From assembly GCA_030390025.1 (NCBI GenBank), contig CM059432.1, positions 140,866,001-140,930,000 on the forward strand: a stretch of DNA of 64,000 nucleotides, in the 5' to 3' direction. The DNA comes from Squalus acanthias. Lineage: Eukaryota. The notes beneath the pieces were generated by a model, which did not search any database, was not told the DNA's origin, and was given only the letters and a program-made list of their open reading frames with translations. Position 1 is the stretch's first letter, and the number at the start of each line of letters is the position of its first letter. Positions 12,956-24,232 of the stretch are shown piece after piece. Both the position numbers and the translations under genes were made by a program.

Positions 12956-13245
12956 ATGCATTTAGGTTGATAAGATACCCTCTGGTAAATGCTATGTTGA
13001 AGATATCCATCGGTAATATAGCAGTGTGAAAACCAGGGTACAAGTTTGCCCTTTTGTAATGTTTTTCTTTTTGAAAGCTTGACATTTAAAAAGTTATTTA
13101 TATCTGGGCCATATATTAAAAGCCTTATGTCTTCCTACACTTCTTGTCAACAAAACCTTACCCCCATTGTTATGTTCTCCTCACACTATTGTATCAACAT
13201 TTGCAATTGTAAATTCCTTGGGCTAGAAATTCATTATAGCCCAGG

Positions 13246-14275
13246 TCGTCCCATCCTCTGTCGTCAAATTACAGTATGCAGACAACGCTTGCGTCTGCGC
13301 TCACTCGGAGGTTGAACTCCAAACCATCGGCAACACCTTCACCGAAGCGTACGAGAGCATGGGCCTCACACTTAACATCTGTAAGACAAAGGTCCTCTAC
13401 CAACTTGCCCCCGCCACACAGTACTGCCCCCCGACTATCAAAATCCATGACAAGGCCTTGGACAACGTGGACCACTTTCCATACCTCGGGAGCCTACTGT
13501 CAACAAAGGCAGATGTCGATGACGAAGTCCAACACCGCCTTCAGTGTGCCAGTGCAGCCTTCGGTCGCCTGAGGAAGAGAGTGTTTGAAGACCAGGACCT
13601 CAAACCCGGCACTAAGCTCATGGTCTACAGAGCAGCAGTGATACCCGCCCTGCTGTATGCCTCAGAGATATGGACCATGTACAGCAGGCACCTCAAAGCA
13701 CTGGAGAGGTACCACCAACGCAGCCTCCGCAAGATCCTGCAAATCCATTGGCAGGATAGGCGCACCAACGTCAGTGTTCTCGCTCAGGCCAACATCCCCA
13801 GCATCGAAGCTTTGACCATGCTCGATCAGCTCCAATGGACGGGTCACATTGTCCGCATGCCTGATATGAGACTCCCAAAACAAGCGCTCTACTCGGAGCT
13901 CCGGCACGGCAAGAGAGCCCCAGGTGGGCAGAGGAAACGCTTCAAGGACGCCCTCAAAGCCTCCATGAAAAAGTGCAACATCCCCACCGACACCTGGGAA
14001 TCCCTGGCCCAAGACCGCACAAAGTGGAGGAGAAGCATTCGGGAAGGCGCCGAACACCTGGAGTCTCTTCGCCGGGAGCAAGCGAAAGCCAAGCGCAGGC
14101 AGCGCAAGGAGCGCATGTCAACTCAAGCACCCCACCCACCCGCCCCTTCAACCACCGTCTGCCCCACCTGTGACAGAGACTGTAGGTCCCGCATTGGACT
14201 CATCAGTCACCTGAGAACTCATTTTTAATGTGGAAGCAAGTCATCCTCGGTTCCGAGGGACTGCCTAAGAAGAAG
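13246..14275 (+). mobile_element. 5'-truncated RTE-clade LINE
   Basis: LQYADN (catalytic YADD altered) running in frame into ORF 13359-14228 (FPYLGS, C-terminal CPTC...HLRTH); (AAG)n tail; TSD ATAGCCCAGG at 13236-13245 and 14276-14285. Confidence 0.92.
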
Positions 14276-14850
14276 ATAGCCCAGGAATGGGCGGTATCTT
14301 TAGAAAAGTTTGAGAATTACCGCCAGGTGCTAATGCTTTAGACTGCACATAAAATTAATTCTCACTACTCAAAGAAATGATTGGGGCGCTAAATCAAGTT
14401 TTAAAGGCTTAGCTCAGTGGCGTTACACTCAAAGGGTGGACCAATATCGGGTGCAGTCTAATCGCAACTCATCATTGCCACACCCTTTCCCCATGTACTT
14501 AAAGGGGAGGTTCATTGATACTGCAGCACCTCATTCTCAGCATTGCTAGCTGTGAAGCTGCCTCAGCAAGGAGAAGCACAACAAGGAGAAGGAGCCGGAG
14601 GAATGAAGCAGGTGTGCTCATGGCAGATCCACCTCAGTCGGGTGGTCAGGGTGATTGAATGCTTCAACAAATGCTACATGCCACCATCTGTACCACAAGC
14701 TTCACACACTGCCCAAAGCACCACACCCCCAGCACTCACACACCAACAATCTCTACCTATCAACACTCACACCCACATCTCATGCCTTGCACACAATGGC
14801 AGCTATTCAACTATGGCAGGCGCAAGGATCACTAGTTGTTGGATTAATTG

Positions 14851-16326
14851 CAGATTGGAGGGTGGCAAATGTAACCCCACTATTTAAAAAAGGAGGGAGA
14901 GAGAAAACAGGGAACTACAGACCGGTTAGCCTAACATCTGTAGTAGGGAAATGCTAGAGTCTATTATAAAGGATGTGATAACAGGACATTAAAAAATATC
15001 AACGGGATTAGACAAAGTCAACATGGATTTATGAAAGGGAAATCGTGTTTGACAAACCTACTGGAGTTTTTTGAGGATGTAACTGGTAGAATAGATAAGG
15101 GAGAACCAGTGGATGTGGTGTATTTGGATTTTCAGAAGGCCTTTGATAAAGTCCCACCTAAGAGGTTAGTGTGCAAAATTAAAGCACGTGGGATTGGGGG
15201 TAATATACTGGCATGGATTGAAAATTGGTTAACAGACAGGAAACAGAGAGTAGGAATAAATGGGTCTTTTTTGGGGTGGCAGGCGGTGACTAGTGGGGTA
15301 CCGCAGGGCTCAGTGCTTGGGCCCCAGCTATTCACAATATATATCAATGATTTGGATAAGGGAACCAAATGTAATATTTCCAAGTTTGCTGACGACACGA
15401 AACTAGGTGGGATTGTGAGTTGTGAGGAGGATGCAAAGAGGCTTCAATGCGATTTAGACAAGTTGAGCAAGTGGGCAAATACATGGCAGATGCAGTAAAA
15501 CATGGATAAATGTGAAGTTCTCCACTTCGGTAGGAAAAACAGAAAGGTAGAGTATTATTTAAATGGTGATAGATTGGGAAATGTTGATGTACAAAGGGAC
15601 CTGGGTATCCTTGTACACCAGTCACTGAAAGCAAACATGCAGGTGCAGCAAGCAGTTAGGAAGGTAAATGATATGTTGGCCTTCATTGCAAGAGGATTTG
15701 AGTACAGGAGCAAGGATGTCTTACTACAGTTGTACAGGGCCTTGGTGAGACCACACCTGGAGTACTGTGTGCAGTTTTGGTCTCCTTACCTAAGAAAGGA
15801 TATACTTGCCATAGAGGGAGTGCAGCGAAGATTCACCAGACTGATTCCTGGGATGGCAGGACTGTCATATGAGGAGAGATTGAGTCGACTAGGCCTGTAT
15901 TCACTAGAGTTTAGAAGAATGAGAGGGGATCTCATTGAAATGTATAAAATTCTGACACGGCTAGACAGACTGGATACAGGGAGGATGTTTCCCCTGGCTG
16001 GGAGTCTAGAACGAGAGGTCACAGTCTCAGGATACAGGGTAGGACATTTAGGACTGAGATGAGGAGAAATTTCTTCACTCAGAGGGTGGTGAACTTGTGG
16101 AATTCTCTACCACAGAAGGCTGTGGAGGCCAAATCACTGAATATATTTAAGAAGGAGATAGATAGATTTCTAGACACAAAAGGCATTAAGGGGTATGGGG
16201 AGAGAGCGGGAATATGGTGTTGAGATAGAGGATCAGCCATGATCATATTGAATGGCGGAGCAGGCTCGAAGGGCCGAATGGCCTACTCCTGCTCCTATTT
16301 TTCTATGTTTCTATTCTATGTTTCTA
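14851..16326 (+). mobile_element. 5'-truncated CR1 LINE nested in Harbinger copy B
   Basis: RT ORFs 15031-15498 and 15502-16062; flanks ATTG|TGATATG are contiguous in copy A (~3713-3723). Confidence 0.93.
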
Positions 16327-17549
16327 TGATATGTGTGAGAAATTTATTAATGGAGTTTGCAATATTTGTGGTCTCTCTCATTTCACCTTTGCACGCTGTG
16401 ATATGGCATGACACAGGGATGGTATGATGGGCATGTGGTGAGCAAAAGGGATCTGGGGTTTAAGTCATCCTGGTGTGAGGCTGGAGGTCTGTTTGGAGGA
16501 GGTGGCAGAGTTCTGTGACCACCACCTTGGTGATGCGGAGCCATCTAATACACTGCTCCTCGCTTCATTGAAGGTAGGAGAAGTGCTGTCGGAATACCCT
16601 CGGATGGTAAAGCCTCCTGTTGAGAGCCCTGATGGCCCTGCTCCTCCCTCTGGTCACATGTTTCAGTCTTTCTCGCTGCCTCCGCTCCCTCCACAGTAGA
16701 TCCTGGAGGGCCAGGTAGACTGCCAGTACAGCCCCCATTAATGTAACCAAGTGTAGCGCTTTGATATGTTGCCAGAATAAATGTAACTAATTGTTAGTAG
16801 CCACAACACTCCTGATACAAAACAACCTTTAAATTACTGAATTAAACTGTTGCACAATGTGAAACTGACAAGGAAGCACTGAAACTCCACTAAGCTGACA
16901 GCTGCGACTCATTACTCATGATTCCTTTAAATAGCGCCCCTGGAGCCGGCTACCGACTGCTTCACGCCTCCTCTCCCTGTCACTGTCTGGTCGAGGCGAT
17001 AAGGTAGGTGGTAAAAATAAATTTTGCACATCGGGCGCCCAGTGAGCGTTGCACGCTCACTGACGTCACGGTCTGCCTGGCATTGAAGTCCCCGGCGGTA
17101 CCTTGTACCGGCGGCGCAATGGGGTGGGGCTGGATTTGCTGTGCGGTGCTTGATTCACCTCGCCTCGGCGCTGCTGCATCAGCGCCCCGTTACCGCCCTC
17201 TGCAGGCATTAATGGGAGGCGTGAACCAATTGAATTTTTCCCCCAAAATGTCCACATAAATTCTAGAAACTCCCATTGTAAGCTTACGCTGTAATTACAT
17301 CTACTGCCACTGGAGGTGCTGTAGCACCTCAGCTTTGCCTCTCCCATCTCCTGGGACTGTACAGAGAGACTCTGTGCTGAATCAACTTTCTATGCTTCCC
17401 AGACTGGTATACTTTTTGCCATGTAACTATTAATAATAATATAAAATCAAACTATATAAAAATCCAGACAGAATGTACGACTTTAAAATAAGGACTGAAG
17501 GCAGCTACCTGGGAGTGTATATTTCTATATTTATCTACGAATCATAATG

Positions 17550-17690
17550 AATAATTATAGAATTATGGAATACTGTAGCACAGAAGAAGGCCATTCAGCC
17601 CATTGTGCCTGTGCTGGCTCTTTGAAAGAGCTCTCCAATTAGTCCCACTTGTTCTGCTCTTTCCCCGTAGCACAGGAAATACTTCAGCAT
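17550..17690 (-). mobile_element. CR1 3' UTR fragment
   Basis: Matches the tail family at 34700-34830 and 45915-46030. Confidence 0.75.
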
Positions 17691-18329
17691 CTCTCCAGTA
17701 CAGGCACAGTTGCGCCACTTCTGTTGTGCCTCACCCTCTCTTCCAACACCACTGGGTGTCGCCGTTTCCTCTGTAGAAACTGTTGCACATTCCAATACTT
17801 CCAACACACAAAAAAACCTCTTGAATTTCATGAAGTAATCCCCCTCGCTTAAATGACTGTTATTATGATGTTTGCTGTGTGTACAATTGGGAATCTGCTA
17901 TTCCCAGAAAACTTTAATGCCAAAAATCCATCTGCCTTTCCAGGAAATATTTTTCTTTAACAATGTTTGCGCCGAACGGTCGATATTGTTTTGGAACTAG
18001 TTCACTATAGATAGCAGAACTTTGCATCAACTATTCTTGTCTTTTATAATCACTCACGTGCATTTTAAGACACCCCCCATTCTCATATGCTCCCAAAGTA
18101 ATTGGGGGAACAGCATTTATTTAAGGTAGAGTTCAATTTGATCAACTTTCTTGCCATTTTAATGCAAGTGGGCACCTTGTCTGATTTCCATGTATCACGG
18201 ATAGCAGGGCCAGGGTTTGGCAGGGCTGCGTTTTGACTTTGCATATTGGGACATCAATCTTTTGTTTTTATCGTAAACTATGATTTATGTGAGTGTTTTT
18301 AAGTCTGCGTATATCTTTGGCTCGTATCT

Positions 18330-18445
18330 CTAACTTCTTCCAGTTCTGATGAAAGATCATCGACCTGAAACGTTAACTCTGTTTCTCTCTCCACAGATGC
18401 TGCCTGACCTGCTGAGTATTTCCAGCATTTTCTGTTTTTATTTCT
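18330..18445 (+). mobile_element. Penelope-like element terminal (pLTR) fragment
   Basis: CTGATGAA...GAAACGTTAACTCTGTTTCTCTCTCCACAGATGCTGCCTGACCTGCTGAG resembles a recalled shark PLE end; contains a hammerhead motif. Confidence 0.65.
18342..18378 (+). ncRNA. Minimal type I hammerhead ribozyme motif
   Basis: AGUU-CUGAUGA-A-AGAUC-AUC-GACCU-GAA-ACGU-U-AACU: 4-bp stem I, conserved core, stem II with one mismatch, palindromic ACGU stem III. Confidence 0.72.
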
Positions 18446-18499
18446 TTGGCTGGTATGTTGGACTTTGTGGATTTGATCGGGCAGCAAAAGGAGTAAAAT

Positions 18500-20390
18500 G
18501 TGTCCTAACTCGCACCAAGTCCTGTTCACCCATCACCCCTGTGCTCGCTGACCTACATTGGCTCCCGGTCCGGCAACACCTCGATTTTAAAATTCTTATC
18601 ATTGTTTTCAAATCCCTTCGTGACCTCGCCCCTCCCTATCTCTGTAACTTCCTCCAGCCCCACACCTTCTGATATCTCTGTAACCTCCTCCAATACTGGC
18701 CTCTTGTGATTTCCCGATTTTCATCGCTCCACCTTTAGCAGCCGTGCCTTCATCTTCCGAGGCCCTAAGCTCAGGAATTCCCTCCCTAAACCTCTCCGCC
18801 TCTCTACCTCACTCTCTCCTCCTTTAAGACGCTCCTTAAAACCTACCTCTTTGACCAATCTTTTGGTCATCTGCCCTAATATCTCCTTATGTGACTCTGT
18901 GTCAAATTTTGTTTTATAATGCTCCTGTAGGAACATAGAAATATAGGAACAGAAGCTGGCCATTCAGTTGCATGAGCTTTAACTTTAGTTAACAGTCTCT
19001 TATGAGGGACTTTATCAAATGCCTTCTGGAAGTCCGTATAAATAACATCCATAGACATTCCCCTGTCCACTACTTTAGTCATCTCTTCAAAAAATTCAAT
19101 CAGGTTTGTCAGGCATGTCCTACCCTTTACAAATCCATGCTGGCTCTCTCTGATCAGCTGGAAATTTTCAAGGTGTTCAGTCACCCTATCCTTAATTATA
19201 GACTCCAGTAATTTCCCGACAACAGATGTTAGGCTAACTGGTCTAAAATTCCCTGGTTTTCCTCTCCCACCATTCTTAAATAGCAGAGTGACATACGCAA
19301 CTTTCCAATCTAAAGGAAGGGTTCCTGAATCGAGAGAAGATTATAGTTCGGGCATCTGCAATGTGCTCACCTACTTCCTTTAAAACCCTGGGATGGAAAC
19401 CATCTGGTCCTGGGGATTTGTCACTCTTTAGTGCCATTATTTTCTTCATTACTGTTATTTTGCTTATGTTAATTTTGTTGAGTCCCTGATTCAATATTAG
19501 TTTCCTTGGGATTTCCAGCATGTTGTAAATACTGACGCAAAGTAATTATTCAACATGTCCGCCATTTCCTTATTATCATTGACAATATCACCGCTTTCGG
19601 TTTGTAAGGGGCCAACATTGCTCCTGACCACCCTCTTTTTCCTAATATAATTGTAAAAAAATGTTGTGTTGATTTTGATATCCCTTGTAGTTTCCTTTCA
19701 TACTCCCTTTTTGGAGCTCTTACTATCTGTTTTGTCACTCTTTGTATCTTGTCCATTCGCCAGGATCTGCGCTATTTTTTGCATTTTTGTATACTTCTTC
19801 TTTCAGTTTTATGTTGTCTCTTACCTCTTTAGTCGTCCATGGCTTTTTTTTTGGCAAGTAGAGCTCTTGCCCCTTAGGGGTATAAAACGGTTCTGTATCA
19901 CATTAAATTATTTTTTGAACACCTCTCACCGATCTTCTGTCATTTTACCCATTAACAGATTTGCCCAGTTTACTGTGGGCAGCCTCTGCCTCATCTCGTT
20001 GAAGCCGGCCTTACCTAAATCTAGAATCTTAGTAGCTGTTTCGCGTTTCTCCCTTTTCAAGCACTACACTGAACTCGATCATGCTATGATCGCTATTAGA
20101 TAAGTGTTCACGCGCCGTTAGGCTGTTAACTAAATCTGGCTCGTTACTAAATCTAATATGGCACGCCCCTTTGTTGGTTCTAGGACATATTGTTGCAGAA
20201 AACTATCCCGGACACACTCAAGAAGTTCACTACCTTTCTGACATGTGTTAGTCTGCTTATCCCAATCTATATGAAAGTTAAAACCTCCCATTAAAACCAC
20301 TCTGCCTTTACTACATCCTGTGAAGCGCCATGGGACGTTTTACTACTTTAAAGGCGCTATATAAATAAAGTTGTTGGTGTTGTTGTTGAT
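18500..20390 (+). mobile_element. L2-type LINE 3' end (18500-18928 and 20316-20390) split by a CR1
   Basis: ITPVLADLHWLPVRQHLDFKIL; tail GTGAAGCGCCATGGGACG...AAAGGCGCTATATAAAT(GTT)n resumes at 20316. Confidence 0.85.
18929..20315 (-). mobile_element. Internally deleted CR1 LINE
   Basis: Minus-strand KSPGPDGFHPRVLKE and DFQKAFDKVPH joined directly to the terminal tail; TSD TCCTGT at 18923-18928 and 20316-20321. Confidence 0.88.
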
Positions 20391-20883
20391 AATTGAATCT
20401 AATTATTAATCCCCCTTGATTTTTCTTTCTTTCATTTCGGGGGTTCCTCTGGTTGATTTCAATTTGAAATTTACACCCTGGTCACAGTTTAACCAGCGCT
20501 GAAGAGTTGAGGATCGGGTCTGTTATTCTGTTAAGAGGGGTTGCTGCCGCTTTCTCTCTCTCTCTCTCTCTCAAGGTCACAGCCTGCCCGAAACTTTTTC
20601 CTGATGGGTTAAAGTTGGACTCCACGCCCCGACTATTGCACAGCCCCAACACACTCCCTTTGGCACACAGCAGAAAGTGGGTGGAGATTATTGTGTATTA
20701 TTTCTGTTGCCTAACTTGTCGCTTTGGCTCCACCCCAAACACGATTGGAGCAGAAGAATTTGTTGGCACTAAAAGGGAGAGAGAGAGAGAGGAACAAGTA
20801 ATTTCAGCCCCCAAGGGCTCCAGTCTCTCTCTCTCTCTCTAAGACTAAAGTCCCAGGCATGGTATTTTAAGAATGCGACAAAG
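20391..20883 (+). promoter_or_regulatory. Putative SNTB1 promoter / 5' UTR
   Basis: Only transposon-free DNA between the last TE and the ATG; CCACGCCCC (SP/KLF-like, ~20622), ATTGG (inverted CCAAT, 20744-20748), CT/GA tracts; no clear TATA. TSS unknown. Confidence 0.5.
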
Positions 20884-21249
20884 ATGGCGTTATTAGGCAG
20901 GGTGCAGAGAAGTGGGCTGCTGGAAGTTTTGGTCAGGGAGAGCTGGCATCGTGTGCTGGCCACTCTGAACGAGGAGAATCTGATCCTGAGCTGCGAGCAG
21001 TACGCGGACTCGGCCGCCTGGAACGGTCTCACCAATGGAGCTCACTCGACCCCGAGCCGAGCCGGAGCAGGAGCCGGACCCGGAGCCGGAGCAGGATCCG
21101 GATCGCAGAGTCCCCAACTGGGATCCCACAGCCCTCAAATAGGATCCCGCAGCCCCAAAGCTCCCGGGGTCCGAACTGCCTTCACCGAACTACCGGAACA
21201 CATCCCCGAAACCATCAGCAACAAGAAACGAAACGTCAGGGTCATCAAG
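20884..21249 (+). CDS. SNTB1: Beta-1 syntrophin coding exon 1 (N-terminal half of split PH1, linker, start of PDZ)
   Basis: QRSGLLEVLVRESWHRVL...GVRTAFTELPEHIPETISNKKRNVRVIK matches recalled SNTB1 (QRSGLLEVLVRDRWHKVL...GVRTAFTDLPEQVPESISNQKRGVKVLK); good Kozak AAGATGG; phase-0 donor AAG|GTACCT. Confidence 0.93.
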
Positions 21250-22137
21250 GTACCTCTTTAGCAATATCTGGACTGGGAGAGAATTTTTTGAGTCGGAATC
21301 TGTAACCTTTCCACTCCGGTTTGCGGGACTATACTTACTGCAACAGCCCCTTGAGATTAATGGGGTGTTAGTTACTTTTGTTTTTGTTATTCATATTTTA
21401 ACATTAATATAACTGAGGTAATCAAAGCTTCAAGCGCCAAAGATATAAGTGGAAAGTTTTTTTGAGTGTGCAAAGGGATTGTGTGTGTTGTCATTGAACA
21501 GTCGCGGCCACTCTCTGTCTTTTCAGACACTTTTCTTCCCGCTCCTGATCTGGTCCTCCCCATTCCCAAAGACTTGAGGAGCTGCTAATCCCCAACACGC
21601 CGTTGCCACCCAGCTCATTTCTTTTGGTCATTCTGACCCCCCACCCCCCCCTCTTTTTCGTTGTCGCAGATCTTGGTCACAACTCTACCCCAAAAAGGGC
21701 AAGGGGGAGGCGGATACTTTCCAATTAATATCTGTTGAGTTAGCCCACGCTTTATATATCATTATATATATAAATGCCTCTTACAATCTCAGTGTCTGAC
21801 TTGGGGATTAGGTTTGGGCTGTGTCGAAGTTCCAAAGATGGCACGATTTTGTTTTAAAGTAGACTTGAGGCTTGGATTGCTCGGATCAGCCTGTCCGCAT
21901 TCCCAGCCCAGCCCAGCCACTGACAGCGGTGATGGGGATTTCTCCACTTCTGCTGTGATTTTCGTTCTGACGTTATTTTCTGTTCGGCATTAGTTATGAG
22001 TCCGAGTTATTTCTACTTCTGCTTTTAAAACTTTTTTTAAAAATTATTCACGTGTTCTCGTTTTTTTTCTAATAAAGATTATATGTGCCCGCTAATGATT
22101 AACAATCGTCACTGGACTGTAAAAGTCCCCCAAGCAA

Positions 22138-22500
22138 GTCTCTACACACAGATGGAGAGGTTGCATGCAGCCCCTCTTCCACTATTTGAAGGGGCTGCTC
22201 CTCGATTTTTGGCTGCACTTCAGTTCCACGCTCCTGATCTTTGGTCACCTGGCGCGGAGGGGAGCGGGCAGGTCGGGCGGAGGGGGCCTGGCCAAAGCGG
22301 CCATCAACTGGTCCAGGCAGCGGGCGGTCGAGGGGGTCGTTCGGCCGGACTGCCTGCCTCTCTTCTGCGGCCACGTTTGCGCCCGGGTGGCCCTGGAGAT
22401 GGGAGCACGCGGTGTCCGCTGGCACGCTCGAGGCCACCCCAGCCAACGAAATTTTAATTCAATTTGTTAAGTTTTATTTAAAGTTTTATTAAGTTACAGA
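22138..22500 (+). mobile_element. Tx1/L1-clade LINE 3' fragment
   Basis: Peptide PLFHYLKGLLLDFWLHFS.TLLIFGH...GLAKAAINWSRQRAVEG resembles a Tx1-type ORF2 C-terminus (recalled). Confidence 0.65.
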
Positions 22501-22800
22501 TTTTTTTGTTTAAACACCCAAACAAAAGAGTACACACAGATGGAAACGGCACACGAGCTGAACAAGTAGTCGTCGTTAACCCTTCGAGTACTGTGCTTGT
22601 AAAACGCAGTGGGATTTAGAAGTCGCCACCTGCACCATATATTTATAAGGTGACTTGCAGTTATACAGTGTCGTTAACAGCAAGAAAACATCCCAAGGTG
22701 CTTCACAGAGAGGCAATACACACACACACAAAAATCACTGTAACTGCAAAATCACAGCCAGGTACAACATAGGGCTTGGTGAAGATTTGCCTAGCAGTAG

Positions 22801-23223
22801 AATTTTTTTTTTTTTAATTCATCTTTGGGTGTTGCTGGCAAGGCTGACATTTATTGCCCATCATCTAGTTGCCCCTGAGAAGGTGGTGGTGGGCCTTCTT
22901 CTTGAATCAGTGAGTGGTGTGCTACAACTGAGGGGGTTCGCGAGGCCACAGCAGGGGGCAGTCAAGAGTCAACTGCATTGGGTGTGGGTCTGGAGTCACT
23001 TATAGGCCCAGACCGGGTAAGGACGGCAGGTTTCCTTCCCTAAAGGACACTAGTGAACCAGTTGGGTTTTTACGGCCATCCGACAGCTTCGTGGTCACTT
23101 TTACTGACACCAGCTTTTTATTTCTAGATTTGTTTTTTTAACTGGCAATTGAACTCATATTCTACTAGATTACTAGCCCAGACCTCTAGATTACTAATAA
23201 CCTAACCATGACACTACCGTACC
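22801..23223 (-). mobile_element. tRNA-headed SINE with Zenon-like LINE 3' tail
   Basis: Last ~100 nt match the LINE tail at 2823-2925; body matches the second copy at 43290-43465; degenerate tRNA-like head near 23145-23223. Confidence 0.7.
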
Positions 23224-23910
23224 AATTAAACAGTTAGCATTGGTTTACTTCCATTTACTACTCACTAACCCGAATATAGTAAAGATAGTAAATAGGTATA
23301 TCACCACAGAGAATGTGTTAACAATCTGTGAGGAAGTGGATTTGTTACTTTTAAAAATTGACCACAAACTTCAAACTTCCTTGACTTACTTTTACAAACA
23401 GTTCCATTATTTATGTTGGAACTAAGAGATTGCTGCTTCTAGTCTCAAGGAGGCAATGATAGTTCTCATAACGTACAGACATGGACTACTTTTTGAGCAA
23501 ATCAGCAGTGCAAGTTCTGGCTAATAAGTTCCAGAAAGGACTCCTATAAAGATAAGGACTGATGCACTGTTATACACGACTCGATGGGGCCCTATTTACT
23601 ATCAGACAGAAAGGCCTCGGTTTTTACAGGGGGTGGGAAGGGTGAAGCAAGGTTGGGGACATGGATCGGCAGAGCCTCGATTTAATAAATGAAGGCTGTC
23701 GACAGAGATCGGGGGGGATGGGGGTGAAGCCTCCGGCTGCCATTTGGGGGGTGGGGGGGTGAGGATCTATCAAAGATCGGGAGCGGGGTAGCCCCGGCGC
23801 AAGGGACACCCAATGTGAGGGCAATGAGGTCTGGGAGAGAATTCCTGCCCCTCGTGGCCCACAAGGAAGCCTCAAATAAAACTTTAAAACTCACCCTCTG
23901 GGTCTGTTCT

Positions 23911-24232
23911 GGCCCAGGATCCGACTCCCGAGAGGTTTATCCCAGGATCCGACTCCGGGTCTGGCCCAGGATCCGACTCCCGAGAGGTTCATCCCAGGAT
24001 CGGACTCCGGGTCTGGCCCAGGATCCGACTCCCGAGAGGTTTATCCCAGGATCTGACTCCGGGTCTGGCACAGGATCCGACTCCCGAGAGGTTCATCCCA
24101 GGATCTGACTCCGGGTCTGGCCCAGGATCCGACTCCCGAGAGGTTCATCCCAGGATCCGACTCCAGGTCTGGCCCAGGATCCGACTCCCGAGAGGTTCAT
24201 CCCAGGATCCGCCTCCGAGTTTGGCCCAGGAT
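23911..24232. repeat. 52-bp minisatellite, ~6 copies (28+24 dimer)
   Basis: Units start at 23911, 23963, 24015, 24067, 24119 and 24171; both subunits contain CCCAGGATCCGACTCC. Confidence 0.95.

Larger units (their letters stand above)
13220..17244 (-). mobile_element. Non-autonomous PIF/Harbinger element, copy B (~1.5 kb without two nested LINEs)
   Basis: Termini GGGCTAGAAATTCA / TGAATTTTTCCCCC; transposase N-terminal remnant 16470-16740 (MGAVL...PRVFRQHFSYLQ); colinear with 3136-4489. Confidence 0.82.

Noticed and set aside
23911..24232. CRISPR-like regular repeats
   Set aside because: Intervening sequences repeat instead of being unique spacers; eukaryotic context, no cas genes
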